From Octopus sinensis (lineage: Eukaryota), in the NCBI RefSeq assembly GCF_006345805.1, contig NC_042999.1, positions 88,536,001 through 88,600,000 on the forward strand: 64,000 nucleotides of DNA, written 5' to 3'. Every line of letters starts with the position of its first letter. The stretch's first letter is position 1. Positions 24,421 through 38,666 of this stretch are shown in pieces. A program made the position numbers and the translations under genes. Below the pieces are notes generated by a model that saw only the letters and a list, made by a program, of their open reading frames with translations, ran no database searches and had not been told where the DNA came from.

Positions 24421-25384
24421 CAGAAGGTGCTGAAAAGGTCAAGAGTCACCAGTACAGGAACAGAAAGGAAATTATCAGCCACTCTTAGGCACATCAATGA
24501 AATATAGTATGGCCATCATCTGAAGAGATGGATACAAAGAGACATGTAAATAATACTATTCTTCAAAATTCTTTGAAACTAAGACACCAATGTGACTATG
24601 TGGAATCATGAGAAAGTGTCTTCTGTTGTAGCAACAGGTTGTATAAAACATCATGTGGAATTTGAGAGATAGGCACAGTACACAAATCCACCGTGTAGAT
24701 GCATACATAAAAACAGATGAAATAAGTACCAGATTGAAATATGTACTGGGGTTATATGATCAACTAAATCTTGAAGTGACACCTCAGTATGACTGCTCTC
24801 TGATAAATAAAACTAGTAAAAGAAATGAGTAAAATAAAAAATAGAAAAATATATTTCTTTGCTTTCATCTCTAGACATAACCACACAAATATAGCCATAC
24901 ATATTTCTAATAGGAATTCTTAAAAAAAAAAAGAAATACTGCCTTTATAGTAATTTACTATTTCTTTCTTTGAAATTCTCAGATCACTTGACCAAATTTT
25001 CTCTTCAACTTCTTTCGCACCAATATTTATTCATTAGCCTTTGGTTTCAGCAGTTATTTCATAACAGAAATATGTCTACTTCACTTCAAAATTTTTATGA
25101 ATCTGGACATAATCTACTTGCTGACATTACACTCTTCATCTTTTCTTCTGTTAAGAATTCGGTAGAACTTTTATTTCTTCTCCTTATACATCAATCAAGA
25201 AAATGATTATGCTTAAAAAGCAATATGAATATCTTTAAATTTCTTTGAATTTGTTAGAATTTCTATAAATATAGCTATATTTTCTCTGCAATTATCTTGT
25301 TTCGAGATTATCTACATGAATAAAGTCTAGAAACATATTTTTGATATTTCTTTCATAACCTTTTTGTTATATGTGTAAGTTGTT

Positions 25385-25485
25385 TAAACACTCACATATA
25401 CACACACACTCTCTCTTCTCTTCTCTCTCTCTCTCTCTCTCTTCTCTTCTCTCTCTCTTCTCTTCTCTCTCTCTCTCTCTCTCTT

Positions 25486-25536
<51 letters not shown>

Positions 25537-25540
25537 TACA
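25385..25540. repeat. (CT)n/(CTTCT)n/(CA)n microsatellite
   Basis: Visible directly. Confidence 0.95.
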
Positions 25541-25569
25541 TATTTTACTTGCTTGAACTGAAAGAAGAA

Positions 25570-26010
25570 GCAGTGCCCATGGCTTTCACTGGCATATCAA
25601 AGCCAGTATGATAAACACTGTTAACATTCCACTTGAATTGCAAGTTTGTGACTGCGTAAAAGACATAGGCTAAGAGGTAATTCCAGCCAGTATATGCTGA
25701 GGCTGAAGGACAGAGTATAATGGTTAGTGTGAGGCATGGAGAGGTGAACACAAAATGGATAATGAGTGGAAGAGAGACAGATGACTTGAGAGTGCTTGAG
25801 TGAAAATTGCAGGAAGCTAGTCTGCTCAAAGGAAGAGAGATCATTGTAGTAGTGGTAGAAAAGACAGAGAGAAGAAACGATACATTTGTGGACCAAAGAT
25901 TGGAGCATGTCTGAGAGTGACTTAATGCTTATCCGTAAGGTGGCCATTCTCTGAATGTGGAACAGGATGTCTATGTACAGCAGCAGTAACACTGTTTTAT
26001 CATACTCTCT
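25570..26010 (+). mobile_element. Decayed RTE 3' ORF fragment
   Basis: A CEAW segment resembles the RTE 'LYGCETW' motif. Numerous stops. Confidence 0.4.
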
Positions 26011-26507
26011 TGTGGATTTTACCTATCTTTGTAGAGGATCCGTAATAGTTAGGGGCTGAAGTATTTTGTGGGTTCCAAAGTGGAAGGTCAATCTTTGGTA
26101 TGCAATCCTAGCTATGTTAAAGTATGTATTTACCATGAAATATCTACAGTGACAGCAAGGCCTAAGCAGTTGGAAAAAATTGCATATACTATCAAACTAC
26201 ATGTTAGGGAGGTTTATTTGCAAGCTTAGCTGTAGAAGCTTAAATACATAAAATATGGTGTTTGGAGTAAATATTTTGAGTTAATGAAGAAAACTGTTTT
26301 ATTTTGAGAATGAAGGAACTTGAAAGTTTGGTGTGGTTTGATTTTTTTCTCCCAAAAAGAAATATTCTCTTAACTGAGAATTGAAATTAGATTGTGCATC
26401 TTTTACAAATCACAATAAAAAACAGATAAACAATAAAATTTTGATTGCATAGTGTCATAGTTAATCAAATAAATATAAATCATGTCTGTTGAAATATATG
26501 ATCATTA

Positions 26508-26644
26508 GCAAGATTACACTAGAGTCGACTCTAAAACAAAGTATCTCCATAGACTCAATCATGACATTTGATCACTGTAGAGATAAGACATCTACATTTC
26601 TCAGTGAAGAATACATTGGAGCAGCTTCTTGTCAACATTCTCAG
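26508..26644 (+). other. Candidate exon of an unidentified gene
   Basis: Strong donor CAG|gtaaga. Open frame KITLESTLKQSISIDSIMTFDHCRDKTSTFLSEEYIGAASCQHSQ. The acceptor is ambiguous (26507, 26551 or 26580). Confidence 0.2.
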
Positions 26645-28142
26645 GTAAGAGGACATAAACTCGGCAAAACAAACTTATTGATTTCAAATTACCCAGAAAT
26701 CTATGAAGCATCAGAATTAGTAAAAATGATAGAAATGCTTTACAATATTGAATTTCATATTTCTACATCAGAGTTAATTCTCATTGAGTTTGGTCAATTC
26801 AAATTACTCTACTTATTTCCCTAAAAATTTGTTATCTTGTGGTTACATACAAAGTTGATTAAATGGCTTCTTTATTACAGTATCTATGCCATGGCATCTA
26901 TATACTAGGTAAGTGGGCTGCATTAAATGAAAAGATATTTGTTAAGGCCAGATGCAAATGACATGATGTGAACCACAATCTTTTGGTTTGTAGTTTGGCA
27001 TCCTATCCACTTAGCCATCAGCAATTGTTGTCAGAGATGTAATTAAACGTAACTTATAACAATTTCAATTTGGTGAATCAATTCCTAAAAATAATACACA
27101 AATACATTAGCTCTCTATACAACTAATCTTCAAAAAACTCAGTTTAGCTTCTGATGAAAAATGCAATAGAAAACAAATGAAAAACGCTTCAAATGAGTGT
27201 TACAAAGCATTAATAGTAAGTGCATTATAATATAACAGTAGAAGATTGCAACCTCTAGCATTAATATCACAGTAAAATTTATTTCATTGCCTCTTGGTTT
27301 CTTTAATGATAACTCAACACAGCAATAATCATAAATTTACAATTTTCATTCATCCTTAATATTTTTCAAGTATGTTATTTAAGATACTACAACGTTGTAA
27401 CATATAATTACATTTGCAACAAAAGATGTTAAACTGATATTTAAACACCTAGGTAAAAAAAAAATATATATATATGTATATTTATGATTGTGATTGTTAC
27501 TTTTATGTTTTTTAGATATGATAGATTTTTTCTTAAACTAATTCTTTTTCAAATATGTATTTGTATAATGCTACACAGAATACTGTAATGTGTTATTCAT
27601 CCAAAACAACTATACATTGGTATGATTACATATAGTTTGTGTAAGAGAATGCACTGCTACAGTGCTCTGTACTGTATTTGTGGATGCTACTGTGCATGTG
27701 TAATGAAATGTAAAATATTGGTAAAAGGCCACAAATTGGGCTTCAATACAAGACAAGTGGTTATTTAATTGCCCCCCGAGGGAAAATAAAATACAAAATT
27801 GACCTCATTGGCAGTTGAACTCGCAACATATGTGAATAGAATTAAATGCTGAAAGGAAATTAAGCGTACTACTATTTCTGGCAGTCCACCACATTTTAGT
27901 TTGATTAGCTACAAGGCTAATTCTTGTATAGGAGTGTATAATGTTGATTATCAGACATTAAATTTCTTTTTCGGTCTGTCAGGAAGGGCATATGAAATAT
28001 ATTTAAATTTCTAAGACATGTAAACAAAAAATACAAGTTTTTACCAGCCTGCTGGTTATTTGTGATACCAGTACCTTCTCATTAGTCACTGTTTTTCTAT
28101 ATGTTAGTGAGGGCAATCAGAATATAGTAATAGTGTATACTG

Positions 28143-28185
28143 GCTGCTGATGAAGTGCAAACACACCGAAATCATATGATCTGGG
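28143..28185 (+). ncRNA. Compact, probably degenerate hammerhead ribozyme
   Basis: GCTG-CTGATGA-AGTG-CAAACA-CACC-GAAA-TCATATGA-TC-TGGG. Core intact, palindromic stem III ATCATATGAT, AUC triplet. The stem II closing pair is mismatched and stem I is weak. Confidence 0.6.
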
Positions 28186-28662
28186 GTTCTACCATCAGTG
28201 CTGGATAATTTTCATATATTACTGATATTTCTGTGCTTTAAGCACTAAACATCTATTCAAGACACTCTCTAAAGATGAATACTGCAGCATTACAGCATTC
28301 TTGCAATACATTTATGCTAAGTAAGATATAAAGATTGCTATTCCATACTAATACTGCTTCTGTCACTAATATCTAATTTTTACATGTAAAAAAACTGACA
28401 TCTGAAAAATAGAGTCTGTATGAAAGTATTAAGGAACTTCAAACTTCCTGAAAATCTTTTATTATTGTTTTTGGGAAAGTTTAAGTAGACACCATCATAT
28501 ATCTCTATTATCAGTAAGGTTTATGAAAGAATGGTGAACAAATTTTCACTAAAATTCTTTTAATTTTTCTCCCAGAGATGCCTTGTATTCATAAAATCTT
28601 ACACACAGCATATAGTAGTGGCAGGTTGGCAACTTTTATATTGATAGGCAGATGTAAATCTG

Positions 28663-28718
<56 letters not shown>

Positions 28719-28869
28719 AATATTTTAATATTAAATCTAGTCAGACATCACTGGATTAATACAAGTTACCTTTAACCTCTATTGATGCAAGAGGTGCTTG
28801 AAGTGGTGGCCATTAGCTTTCAGACACTTATTAAATTAATACAAAGTTACCTTTAACCTTTTTTTTTAT

Positions 28870-29810
28870 TTTTGCCTGACAATTTCACAGATTCGTGATG
28901 AGTTTGAAACACATGGTACAGTGTATGATGTGCAGAAGAAGAAATCCAGCTGACCTCATACAGTAACAAGTGCAGCTTCCTCGGCTATGCTGTTGAAATT
29001 TTTCACACACTTGCCACAGAAGACTACAGCACAATGTACATGTGAGACAGAAATAAGTAGTACAAGCATTTGGTACATTGTTAAAAGAGCTAAGTGGAAA
29101 GCTTATACATCAAAATTATTAAATGCAATTAACAATGATGATCCTGATCAAAGAACCAGGTTTAGTGAGTGGTTTCAACACATGGTAAGTGAGGATGAAA
29201 AGTTTCTAGGGATGGTTGCATGGTCTGATGAAGCACAATTTTAGCTAAATGGAACAGTGAACTGACATAACTGTGTTTACTGGGCATCAGAAAATCCTGA
29301 CTTGACTGGGGATAGAGCAGTCAATTTACTGGTTGGGTTAGTGAGGGTCAATGTCTGATGTATCATCAAGAGGTTTAATAGAAATATTTATCTTTGAAGG
29401 TACCATTACTAATCAAGCATACCTAGACAATTCATGTCCATTTTACCTGTATTATATGCACTTTATGAAAATGATAATTTTTTCTTTCAAGATGGCACAC
29501 TGTGACATTAGTGCCAAGACATGCCAGCTTACTGGGGTGTAAATTTGCAAGGACTCTAGATAACATGAAGAGATGCAACTGAGTTCTCTGCTCATTCTTC
29601 TGATTTAACACCAGCAGATTTTAGATTATGGAGCACCTTAGAGAATGTCGTATATTGGAGAAAACCAACTACACTGACAGCCCTTCAGAAAGAAACAGAA
29701 AAATAATGTGCAACAACACCTCTAGACACTTTGGCCAACATTGCCCAAGCAGCAGTTGACCATACTAATAAGTGTCTAGAAGCAACACTTGTCATTGTAG
29801 AAGTTAAAGA
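28870..29810 (+). mobile_element. Decayed Tc1/mariner-superfamily transposase
   Basis: DDPDQRTRFSEW...VAWSDEAQF*LNGTVN*HNCVYWASENP, FQDG, and SSDLTPADFRLWSTLENVVY match the WSDE / QDGA / SPDLTP.DF..W motifs. Confidence 0.88.
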
Positions 29811-29847
29811 TAACTTGTTTTAATCTTGCAATATCTGCATGAATTTA

Positions 29848-30061
29848 AAGGTAGTGAGATGGCAGAAACATTAGCACACTGGGTGAAAAGCTTAGGGATA
29901 TTTTGATTGTCTTTATGTTCTGAGTTCAAATTCTGCTGAGGTTGACTTTGCCTTTCATCCTTTTGTGGTTGATAAATTAAGTATCCGTTGTGTACCGGAG
30001 TTGATCTAATCGACTGGCTACCTCCCCAAAAATTTCAGGCCATGTGCCTAGAGTAGAAAAG
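29848..30061 (+). mobile_element. SINE family A (variant tail) with 18-bp TSD, inserted in the transposon 3' region
   Basis: The TSD aatatctgcatgaattta occurs at 29830-29847 and 30062-30079. Confidence 0.92.
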
Positions 30062-30189
30062 AATATCTGCATGAATTTAGTTTTAATTTTTTTTTTCTTG
30101 AAGTGTGTATATATCTTTTTGGTGGATTGTGTGTGTATGTGTGTGTAATATATATATATACTTATGTAATTGGAATTTGAAGAGGGTGT

Positions 30190-30686
30190 TGCTCTTTGAG
30201 CTTATCCCATGCAGTGAACACTAAACTTTATGCTGAATAACCACAGCAAATATATGATACTTTGAAAGCCTACTATCCAGAATTGGTCACTTGAAGATGC
30301 ACACTCTTACAGCACGATAATGCCCCAGCACACCCTTTTGTGTCTAAGCACACAGTTGAGGAACTTGAGAGGCTGGAAGTGTTGCTTCTCCCAGCCTATG
30401 GTGCAGACTTAAAACATCAGAGTACCAACTATTCTGAGTCATGACTCATTTCTTGCATAGATGGAAATTCGACAATGTGAATGATGTAGAAAGTGGGTGC
30501 AGAGGGTTTTTATGCCTGTGAACCAGTCATATGGTATAACCGTAGAATTGAGCTTCCAGTACTACAATGGCAACAGACAATGGAACATTATGGGATATGT
30601 TTTATGAATAAACACTTTTTGTATGTAGCTTGTTTGAACTATTAATTAAAGCTTGAAATACAAAAACTTTTAGCACTACCTGATAT
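30190..30686 (+). mobile_element. Decayed mariner transposase 3' half with TIR
   Basis: LLQHDNAPAH, LLLPAYGADL (from HPPYSPDLAP) and WQQTMEHYG.. motifs. Ends aaaacttttagcactacctgata-ta. Confidence 0.85.
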
Positions 30687-31074
30687 CTATATATATATAT
30701 ATTCACAGTCAGCTGATAAATAAGTTTCCATATTGCCATTCATTGTATAAGTTCCATAACCAATCAAATAATATTTAACGAACCTAAATGAAAACATCTT
30801 GAGTTCAACCAAAGGAGCTAGTCTCATCAAGGCCTTATTATGAAAAGGTGTTTCACAGATCATGCTTCACTAGTTGCTCCTAATACTATTCATATGAGAT
30901 CTCATAAATTCACTTCATTTCACCGGTCATTAGTTCTGCATTATTAATTTATTCTCATGGCTCTTCTATCAGAAGAAATTTATCATCTTTTTCACTTTAT
31001 CACTAAACAGATTTTATGCTGTCAAATCCGCAAGTTATGTCTCTTTTGCAATCTTTAGCAATTGAAGTCCTTTA

Positions 31075-32600
31075 CGTTTATTATGTATAACACATTGGCT
31101 GCTCATCTGGAATGTAATAATATCTTACTAGAGGAGCAGAAAGATTGTTGGATGAAGATGTATTGTCATAAAGAGAGGCTGCTCTTGAATTGCAAAAAGG
31201 GGAAATTAACATCAGCACTGGAATGGGTTGATCATCAAAAAGCCTTTGATGATATACCACATTCTTGGATATTAGAGGCACTGCATATTAATCCAGCTGC
31301 TCTGATACTAATATGATATATCAACCATGTACACCAAAATGGAAATAATCATATGACTACAAGGCTGAGAGGAGAAAATTAAAACAAATCTCATATCCAC
31401 AAGAAGAGTTATCTTTCAGTTAGACTTCTTAGCCCCCTTTATTAACTAGTTTGTTTCAAGAAACCACTATTAGTTATAAATGCTATGGGGAAATTATAAC
31501 ATCTCTTCACTACAGATGATATGAAGCTATTTACCAGATAAAATACATTGTTGGAAAACCTACTTAAAGCTGTAAATGAATTCTGTACAGCTGTGCCACA
31601 GTTTCTGTAAGAAGAGGCAAATTAACTAAATTTGAGAATATTAAATAACACAGAGACGCTAATATGAACTGAAAACAACCCAAGCAAATACTTAGAAATA
31701 GATGAAATGTATGAGCTACAACAGCACCAAAATTATAGATGAAAGAAATTAAAAGAGAACTATAGAGAATCAGACTAATATGCAAAACACATAACTTAGT
31801 GCTAGAAATACGATAATAACAGATAAAAATAAACCAGCCATTCTAGTTATAAACTCCTACTCCAAAGTGAAAAATTAAAAGTTAATTCTGTTGGAGAATT
31901 TACAAAAAAAAATTATGTGGAAACAGTAAAGTACAAACTAGATGCTAATTATAATGAAGAAAAAGATTTAAATTAAGGCAAAAACGAAGTTAAAATTTAA
32001 AAGACAAAATCAAAATGGAATTCCAAATTATAAAGAATTAATGGAGTGAAAAAACAATCAATGACCACTAACCTGCAAAACATGACAGATTGAAAGCTGA
32101 CAAAAGCACAAGAGCTCTGGGCAAAAAACAGATACAAAAGGTTTAATTTTAACTTCATGACATCAATGCCTAACCGCCAAACTATAAGGAAAAAATAATA
32201 AAACAAGAAGCCAGCGTAAAGTAAAGACTATGAAATTAGTACTATGAAGTGCTTGATCACATCATTTCAAGTTATACAATCCTTGCACAGTCAGAATATT
32301 ACATCCACAGATATAATTGAATTGGTAGCCATCTCTGTTGTGAAATATTTGACATTCAATGCCTAAGAAATACTATAAGCATATACCAAAAATGCAAAAT
32401 AACAATTTAGATTATGCTTATCCTGACTGATAAGGAGATCAAGAGGAATTGTCCAGATATAATTTTCAAGGAGGAAGGCAATAATGGTTTTACTTGAATA
32501 GACACCTCATTCTGTTTTTCTGACCACAACATGCCCAGAAAGAAGTCAAGTATATGAACATAAAACCATAGTTCAAACATCCTCACTAACATTAAATTTA
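31075..32600 (+). mobile_element. Decayed R4/Dong-like LINE (RT plus restriction-like endonuclease)
   Basis: LLEEQKDC...WVDHQKAFDDIPHSWIL, HLFTTDDMKLF (YMDD-type), and ILTDKEIKRNCPDII...ID (RLE 'PD..D'). Confidence 0.75.
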
Positions 32601-32854
32601 ATGAGCCAGAAGTGTCTAAACTAAAGAACCAAGCCTTGACAATATACTAGAGATTGGAGTAAATTATTTTCTGTATTAAGTATGCATGTCATACTGTCTC
32701 TTGAAAATAGACTGAAAGGATTCTACACTGCTTTTTAATGGTAAACATGAAGAAGCCTAAAATGTTGTTGCTGTTGTTATTGTTTAAACTTTGGTCAGCT
32801 CTGACTGAGAAAACCCATGATTCAAGATATTTCAGCCACGACTATCCTTCAGTT

Positions 32855-33007
32855 GTGAGTGTTGCTGTATTGTAAGAAGCTGCTTCTCAACCACATGGTT
32901 CCAGGTTCAGTCCCACAGCAAGGCACTGGGCAAATGCCTTCTACTATAGCCTCAGGCCAACCAATGTCTTGTGAGTGGATAAGGTAAGAAAAAATTGAAA
33001 GAAGCCC

Positions 33008-33010
<3 letters not shown>
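32855..33010 (+). mobile_element. SINE family B 5' half ending in (TA)n
   Basis: Homologous to 2833-2970. Confidence 0.8.
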
Positions 33011-33057
<47 letters not shown>

Positions 33058-33188
33058 TTCAGCAACAATTTAGATTCAAATGAATATGGTACTTAATTTA
33101 GATGCACCAGAATTTTGTATAGTGTTATCCATAAAAATTTGCAGGGTGATTATAATCAAAAATGAGCAACAAGAATGACTCCAGGAAT

Positions 33189-33275
33189 TTGGTACAATTG
33201 TTTCGCACTACAACCTTTTATTAAAAGTTGTAAGTATTACAGCAGATTTAAGATGCTGAGTGCTCTTCAGCCAAT
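33189..33275 (-). ncRNA. Intact type I hammerhead ribozyme, left arm of palindrome 2
   Basis: ATTGG-CTGAAGA-GCACT-(loop)-AGTGC-GAAA-CAATTG-TA-CCAA. Palindromic stem III ACAATTGT, GUA triplet. Confidence 0.88.
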
Positions 33276-33573
33276 TATATAGGTTTTCCAATAATACAAA
33301 AGCTTTTAAATCAAGTAGTAACATTATAGAGAAGGTAGATATACAGATAAAGATGTAGATTTAAATTTTAAGAACATATGAGGTTCTAATTCTTATATCA
33401 CTTCTAATTCTTATAGCAGTTAGATACAACCACAGTTTGGTCAGTTAGTGGCTGGATTTCACAACCTCATATGTTCTTAAAATTTAAATCTACATCTTTA
33501 TCTGTATATCTACCTTCTCTATAATGTTACTACTTGATTTGAAAGCTTTTGTATTATTGGAAAACCTATATAA

Positions 33574-33661
33574 ATTGGCTGAAGAGCACTCAGCATCTTA
33601 AATCTGCTGTAATACTTACAACTTTTAATAAAATGTTGTAGTGTGAAACAATTGTACCAAT
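33574..33661 (+). ncRNA. Type I hammerhead ribozyme, right arm of palindrome 2
   Basis: ATTGG-CTGAAGA-GCACT...AGTGT-GAAA-CAATTG-TA-CCAAT. The stem II closing pair is G.U (C>T at a CpG). Confidence 0.85.
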
Positions 33662-33690
33662 TTACTGGAGTCATTCTTGTTGCTTATTTT

Positions 33691-33794
<104 letters not shown>

Positions 33795-33949
33795 GCATAC
33801 AATCATACGTACATACATACATATATATTTAGAAAGGTAATGCTATGCAACTTTGTAATAATCCTTATTATTATTGTTGATATATGTGCATGCATGTGTG
33901 TATGCATGCATGTATGTATGCATGTGCATGTATATATGTTATGTGGTAA

Positions 33950-34620
33950 TGTTTCAGCAAGTAGAAAAGCACTTGATCAGCTAAGATAGTAAGGATAATC
34001 TTAAATTAAAAACCACAAATTTTGCAAATAGCTGCCCAGGGTTTTGTGGTCAAATTGATAATTCATTCCAAGTTGAAAGTAACACTGTTTGTCAGTTGAC
34101 TTTTTGAGTAGATAATGTTTAAACAAGAAACACCTGTAAAATAAAGACAAAGATGGGAAAACACAAGAGAGATAACCCACATTACAATAATTCAATGTCA
34201 AACAGATGTAAATCAGATGTTTACTAAGGGTCCAGTTGTCTACTTTAAATTCTGACAAGATGCATTTTTTTGAAATGTGGACATAAAGGGAAAAAAATCT
34301 CATTTCTCAAATTCATGTATTTTTTGGAGGTTCTCAAGTGTTTTAATAGATACAGTTTTTCAAGCAAACACACTGAACATTTTCTAGACCCATTAATATA
34401 AGGTCTGGATTTAGAGAGGATTCCCCATTTGATATCGAAATTGGTCCCTTTGCCTCTAAGTTTTCAGATTAAAGCCAAAGGGGTTGTTGAATGTCACACC
34501 ACAGTACCTAAAATTTGAAAGATGGTTGTTATATCTAGATTTAAATTTTCCTTCCATGGCTCTAATATAATATTTGATATTTGTATGATCATTGTTGTAG
34601 TTTACTGTGCTTCATAAACA
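33950..34620 (-). mobile_element. Decayed Penelope-like element (GIY-YIG C-terminal half plus 3' region)
   Basis: YIRAMEGKFKSRYNNHLSNFR and KLRGKGTNFDIKWGILSKSRPYINGSRKCSVCLLEKLYLLK. A possible HHR relic (CTGATCA...GAAAC) lies at about 33950-33982. Confidence 0.78.
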
Positions 34621-34986
34621 TTGGAAGATATATTACACTCCTGTCCTAGAGGACATTTAGATTAGTAGGGAATGAAACTTGGTGAGGAACATGATTCTTT
34701 TTGAATGAGATGAAGTTTATAATCAAGGATAAGACCATAGTCTTGTCAGATGTACATGTGCACCATGTCTTTTGAGATGCTAACTTTCTTCAGGAAGCCT
34801 GCAATCTCTGTTACATTCCCAAGAACTGCCAAAGTAGGATGGGTGTGGAGTGTATGAGTTCAAATGTGTGTGTATAGGTAGTGATTCCGGAGTTTTGTAT
34901 CTAAAAAGATTGTAAGAGCATTGAGTTGCATGTGCAAGCATGTGTATGTAAGTGTGAGAGTGTTTGTGTCTATATTTATGTCTATA

Positions 34987-35218
34987 AGGCGGTGAGCTGG
35001 CAGAAACGTTAGCATGCCGGGCGAAATACGTAGCCGTATTTTGTCTGTCGTTACGTTCTGAGTTCAAATTCCGCCGAGGTCGACTTTGCCTTTCATCCTT
35101 CCGGGGTCGATAAATTAAGTACCAGTTACGCACTGGGGTCGATGTAATCGACTAAATCCCTTTGTCTGTCCTTGTTTGTCCCCTCAATGTTTAGCCCCTT
35201 GTGGGTAGTAAAGAAATA
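34987..35218 (+). mobile_element. Full-length young SINE family A with 16-bp TSD
   Basis: The TSD tatatttatgtctata occurs at 34971-34986 and 35219-35234. CpGs are retained. Confidence 0.95.
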
Positions 35219-38164
35219 TATATTTATGTCTATATGATATATGTATGACCTCTTTTCATAAAAAGGTCCCAAGCAAGATGAGAATCCATTTAGTGTAAGT
35301 GGCTATGATGATGGGGAAATTAAAACGAAAGACTGAATTTATTTTAGACTTGAAAAAGTGTTGGTTATATAAAGGAGGAAATCAAAAACATTGTATTTAT
35401 ATGTGAGATATTTGTATTCAAAACCATACTGAGTTTCTTAGTTGGGGAATGGCCAATATCATGAAGCCATTTAGTCACTTATCTTTTGTACATTATGAGA
35501 ATGTACTGAGAGTCTATTGAATGCATAACTGTTTCAGCAATCATACAACAATTGACAATGTATAATGACACACCATGCTGTCTCTTCCTGGTGTATATAA
35601 TATGTCCTGTAACACCTTCACTTACAATTAACGTATATGTAATTGAAGTCATTAAAATGAATGTAATATTTCTATTATGGTTCACATAGAACATAATTGC
35701 TAGAATTCAAAATCTGGAGCCTGTATGTGGTAGCTGAGCTTACTAGAAATAGTAGTGAAATTGACTCATGTCACATTCTAGCCATCTTTAAAATATTAAA
35801 TATTCAGTTTTGTAGTTTTAGGTTCCTAGCACATAGGGAAAAGTCATCACTTGAGTGCCTTTGCACATAGGGAAAAGTCATCACTTGAGTGCCTTTGCTT
35901 GATAAAGGTTAACCTGAAGTTATTCTGAATTACTGAAATATTATGTGTCAGTATGTGTTAATGAAAGAAATGCAGACAATGATGCATATTAAGGTTACTA
36001 CAAAATGCATTTACAAGACTAGAGTGGAGTCAGATGACCTTAGACATGAGTAATAACAAGTAACCTTTCTGGCAACAGGATTCAAATCTGACTTTTGTTT
36101 GTTATCAGGTGACTTAATATATGGTATACCTGTGTCCTTCTCAAATGTAGAATCTGAATAATGAAACAAAAAAGCAGACAAGGCAATATTTAAAATTCTT
36201 AAACCTTTTAAACTTATTTAACACCATTGGAATGGAAACAGAACTGTACAAGTACATCTATATTTTGTCTTCTCATAACTAAAGATAGGAAGGGACAATA
36301 AAAAGAAGATGCTTTTGCCCTTTTGATACCCACCTGTCTAAGACTACCCTTGGTTTTAGGATACAAACTTTCTATTTCAAAGTGATCTAAAGTGAAGCCT
36401 TCCATCAAGTTTTGTGCTAAGTTTCATGCACCAGCTTAATAACAAAATTATCTTGATAAATTCTACATAATTTTCAAAATTAGTGGAAATAAAGACAGAA
36501 ATATGGTAACAAAAGTGTTAATATTTTTTGTGTAGAAGTAGGAAGCAGGTATTTGTCAGGCTGAGACCCATTGCACAATGTTTTGGGATTTTTACATTCA
36601 TAAGGCAACAAGTTTTACATTTGCAATGTAACAATGATCTGTAAGATAATAGGCTTTACATCATCATCATCTTTTAATGTCTATGTCCTATGGTGGCCTC
36701 AGTTGAATGGTTTGACAGGATCTAACTATTTCAAGGATGGGATTATGCTACAGAGTCTGCTTTGGTAGGTTTCTATGGCTAGATTCCCTTCCTAGTGCCA
36801 ACTACTTTATAGAATGTAGTGGGTGGCTTTTATGCAGGCCTCGACACTTGTAAGATCACTATACAGTTTGCAAGACTAAGATCTCCTTTGACTGTATAGG
36901 ACAACAGATGATAGGTAGGCAACTTTATGCTGTAAAATGAAAGATTGAAGTATAAAAGCAGGAACAATAACAGTTTCTTGTTCTAAAGATGTAAAATAAT
37001 GAATATTTAGATAGATGGTATTGACAATACAAAGTATGATTTCAAACACATTCTCTAAACTGATGAGAATTGAAATGCTTACACACATATGCAACACTTT
37101 ACTTAATATTGTGAATTATCAATGAAGAATCAACAACTTTAAAACACCACACTAAAAACTTACTAAAATTTATGACATTGTCCCACTGGAGTTATTTCCC
37201 TTAACTCATTTTATGTTTCTTTTTACATGAAACGCTTACACACATATGCAAATATTTGCATCTAAATATTTATTTAAGCTCATACTTATGCCTCCATATA
37301 CAAATACTTGTGAATAAATGTGAGACATATCAGAGTCAAAATTGTTGGGTAGTCTTGTACTTGAGTATAAAGAAGAGTAAACTCAACAACAAACCCATGA
37401 AAATAAAATTACTAAAAGCCCTGAGACATTTAACAACTAATATATGCCTTTCATTGCTTGTGGATATAAAGCAGCAAATGCCTAGCAAATGCAATCCAAA
37501 GACAACAGCTAATTGTATTGGTATGCTGGTGGTGTGCAATTATAATACTATTGTTTAAAGGTGATTTTTTAATTTAAAAGGTTATAGCTTAAAGCAAGTA
37601 AGTTACATTACTAATGTATATAAGTAGTGAAAATATTATCTGTGTGCACCCATCATAGTAAAAGTATAGTGAATTAGTAGAGTCATTAGCAATTTGTATA
37701 GAATACTGCTTGATATCTAATCCTGTTCTCTGTGGTCCGAATTCAAATCCTGCCAAGGTCTTCTTAGCCTATCATCATTTCAAGATTGATAAAAACATGT
37801 GAATCCAGGTTAGTGGCTTGATGGAATGTGAGAAAGCCAAGTGAGTTGTCTTGCTGTATCTGTTGCAGCACTTTCCATTCTGACTGTGATACATACAACA
37901 TCAATGGTTCCAAGCTGTAGCAGCCTTAGTTGGTGGCCTTTCTCTTGGATAAAAATCAGTGGCATGCAGAAGAAAGACTTCTACAAATAACTGCTAGCTT
38001 TTATCCCCAAAACTTGCTCAGGCCAATATGCACATGTGCAAATGCATGGTCAGCATTAACTGATGGAGGCCCTACAACACACACACAAACACATAATCAC
38101 CACTAAAAAGTCAATGTTGCATTAGAACACACAAATACTGCAATATTTTCTAAGAGAGAAAATT

Positions 38165-38530
38165 TCATATGGTTTTACGAGTAAAACGCCCCCTGTCAAA
38201 TAAACGGTGCTGAGTTGTCAAACATTTAAACCAAATTTTCTCAAAACAACTTGTCTGACCGTCCCATAGGCTTCCCCTTTGAGAAACACTGATTTAACCT
38301 AAATTTGAGACACCAGCAAAAGAAGAAAAACGATTTTACAAATGCATGTTCCTACAGCTTTATCGATCGCATTCTCACCTGGAATCGATTTTTGTAATTT
38401 TTTCAAGACTTATACATGCCCTGATACCGTCGGTATCTACATATCAAATTTGAGCGCAATCGGATGGAGGATGCCCGAGATCCTAGAAGACACACACACA
38501 GGCAGACAGAACGGATTTTTATATAATAAA
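38165..38530 (+). mobile_element. CpG-rich non-autonomous element, Helitron/DINE-like
   Basis: The 3' end atcaaatttgagcgcaatcggatg...acacacacaggcagacagaacggattttatataat resembles the microsatellite-bearing 3' ends of non-autonomous Helitrons (recollection). No TSD seen. Confidence 0.4.
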
Positions 38531-38631
38531 TGGTGCATATTTGTGTGTTGTAATGCAACATCTACTTTTAAGTAGTGAATATTTTATCTTTTGGCAATGA
38601 TACTACATCTGTCATTTTCTCCCTCTCTCTT

Positions 38632-38666
<35 letters not shown>

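Noticed and set aside
29222-29245. CTGATGA at about 29224 (and CTGAAGA...GAAA at about 45658)
   Set aside because: These lie in transposase codons (WSDEA; WLKRAAAE) and have no HHR stems.
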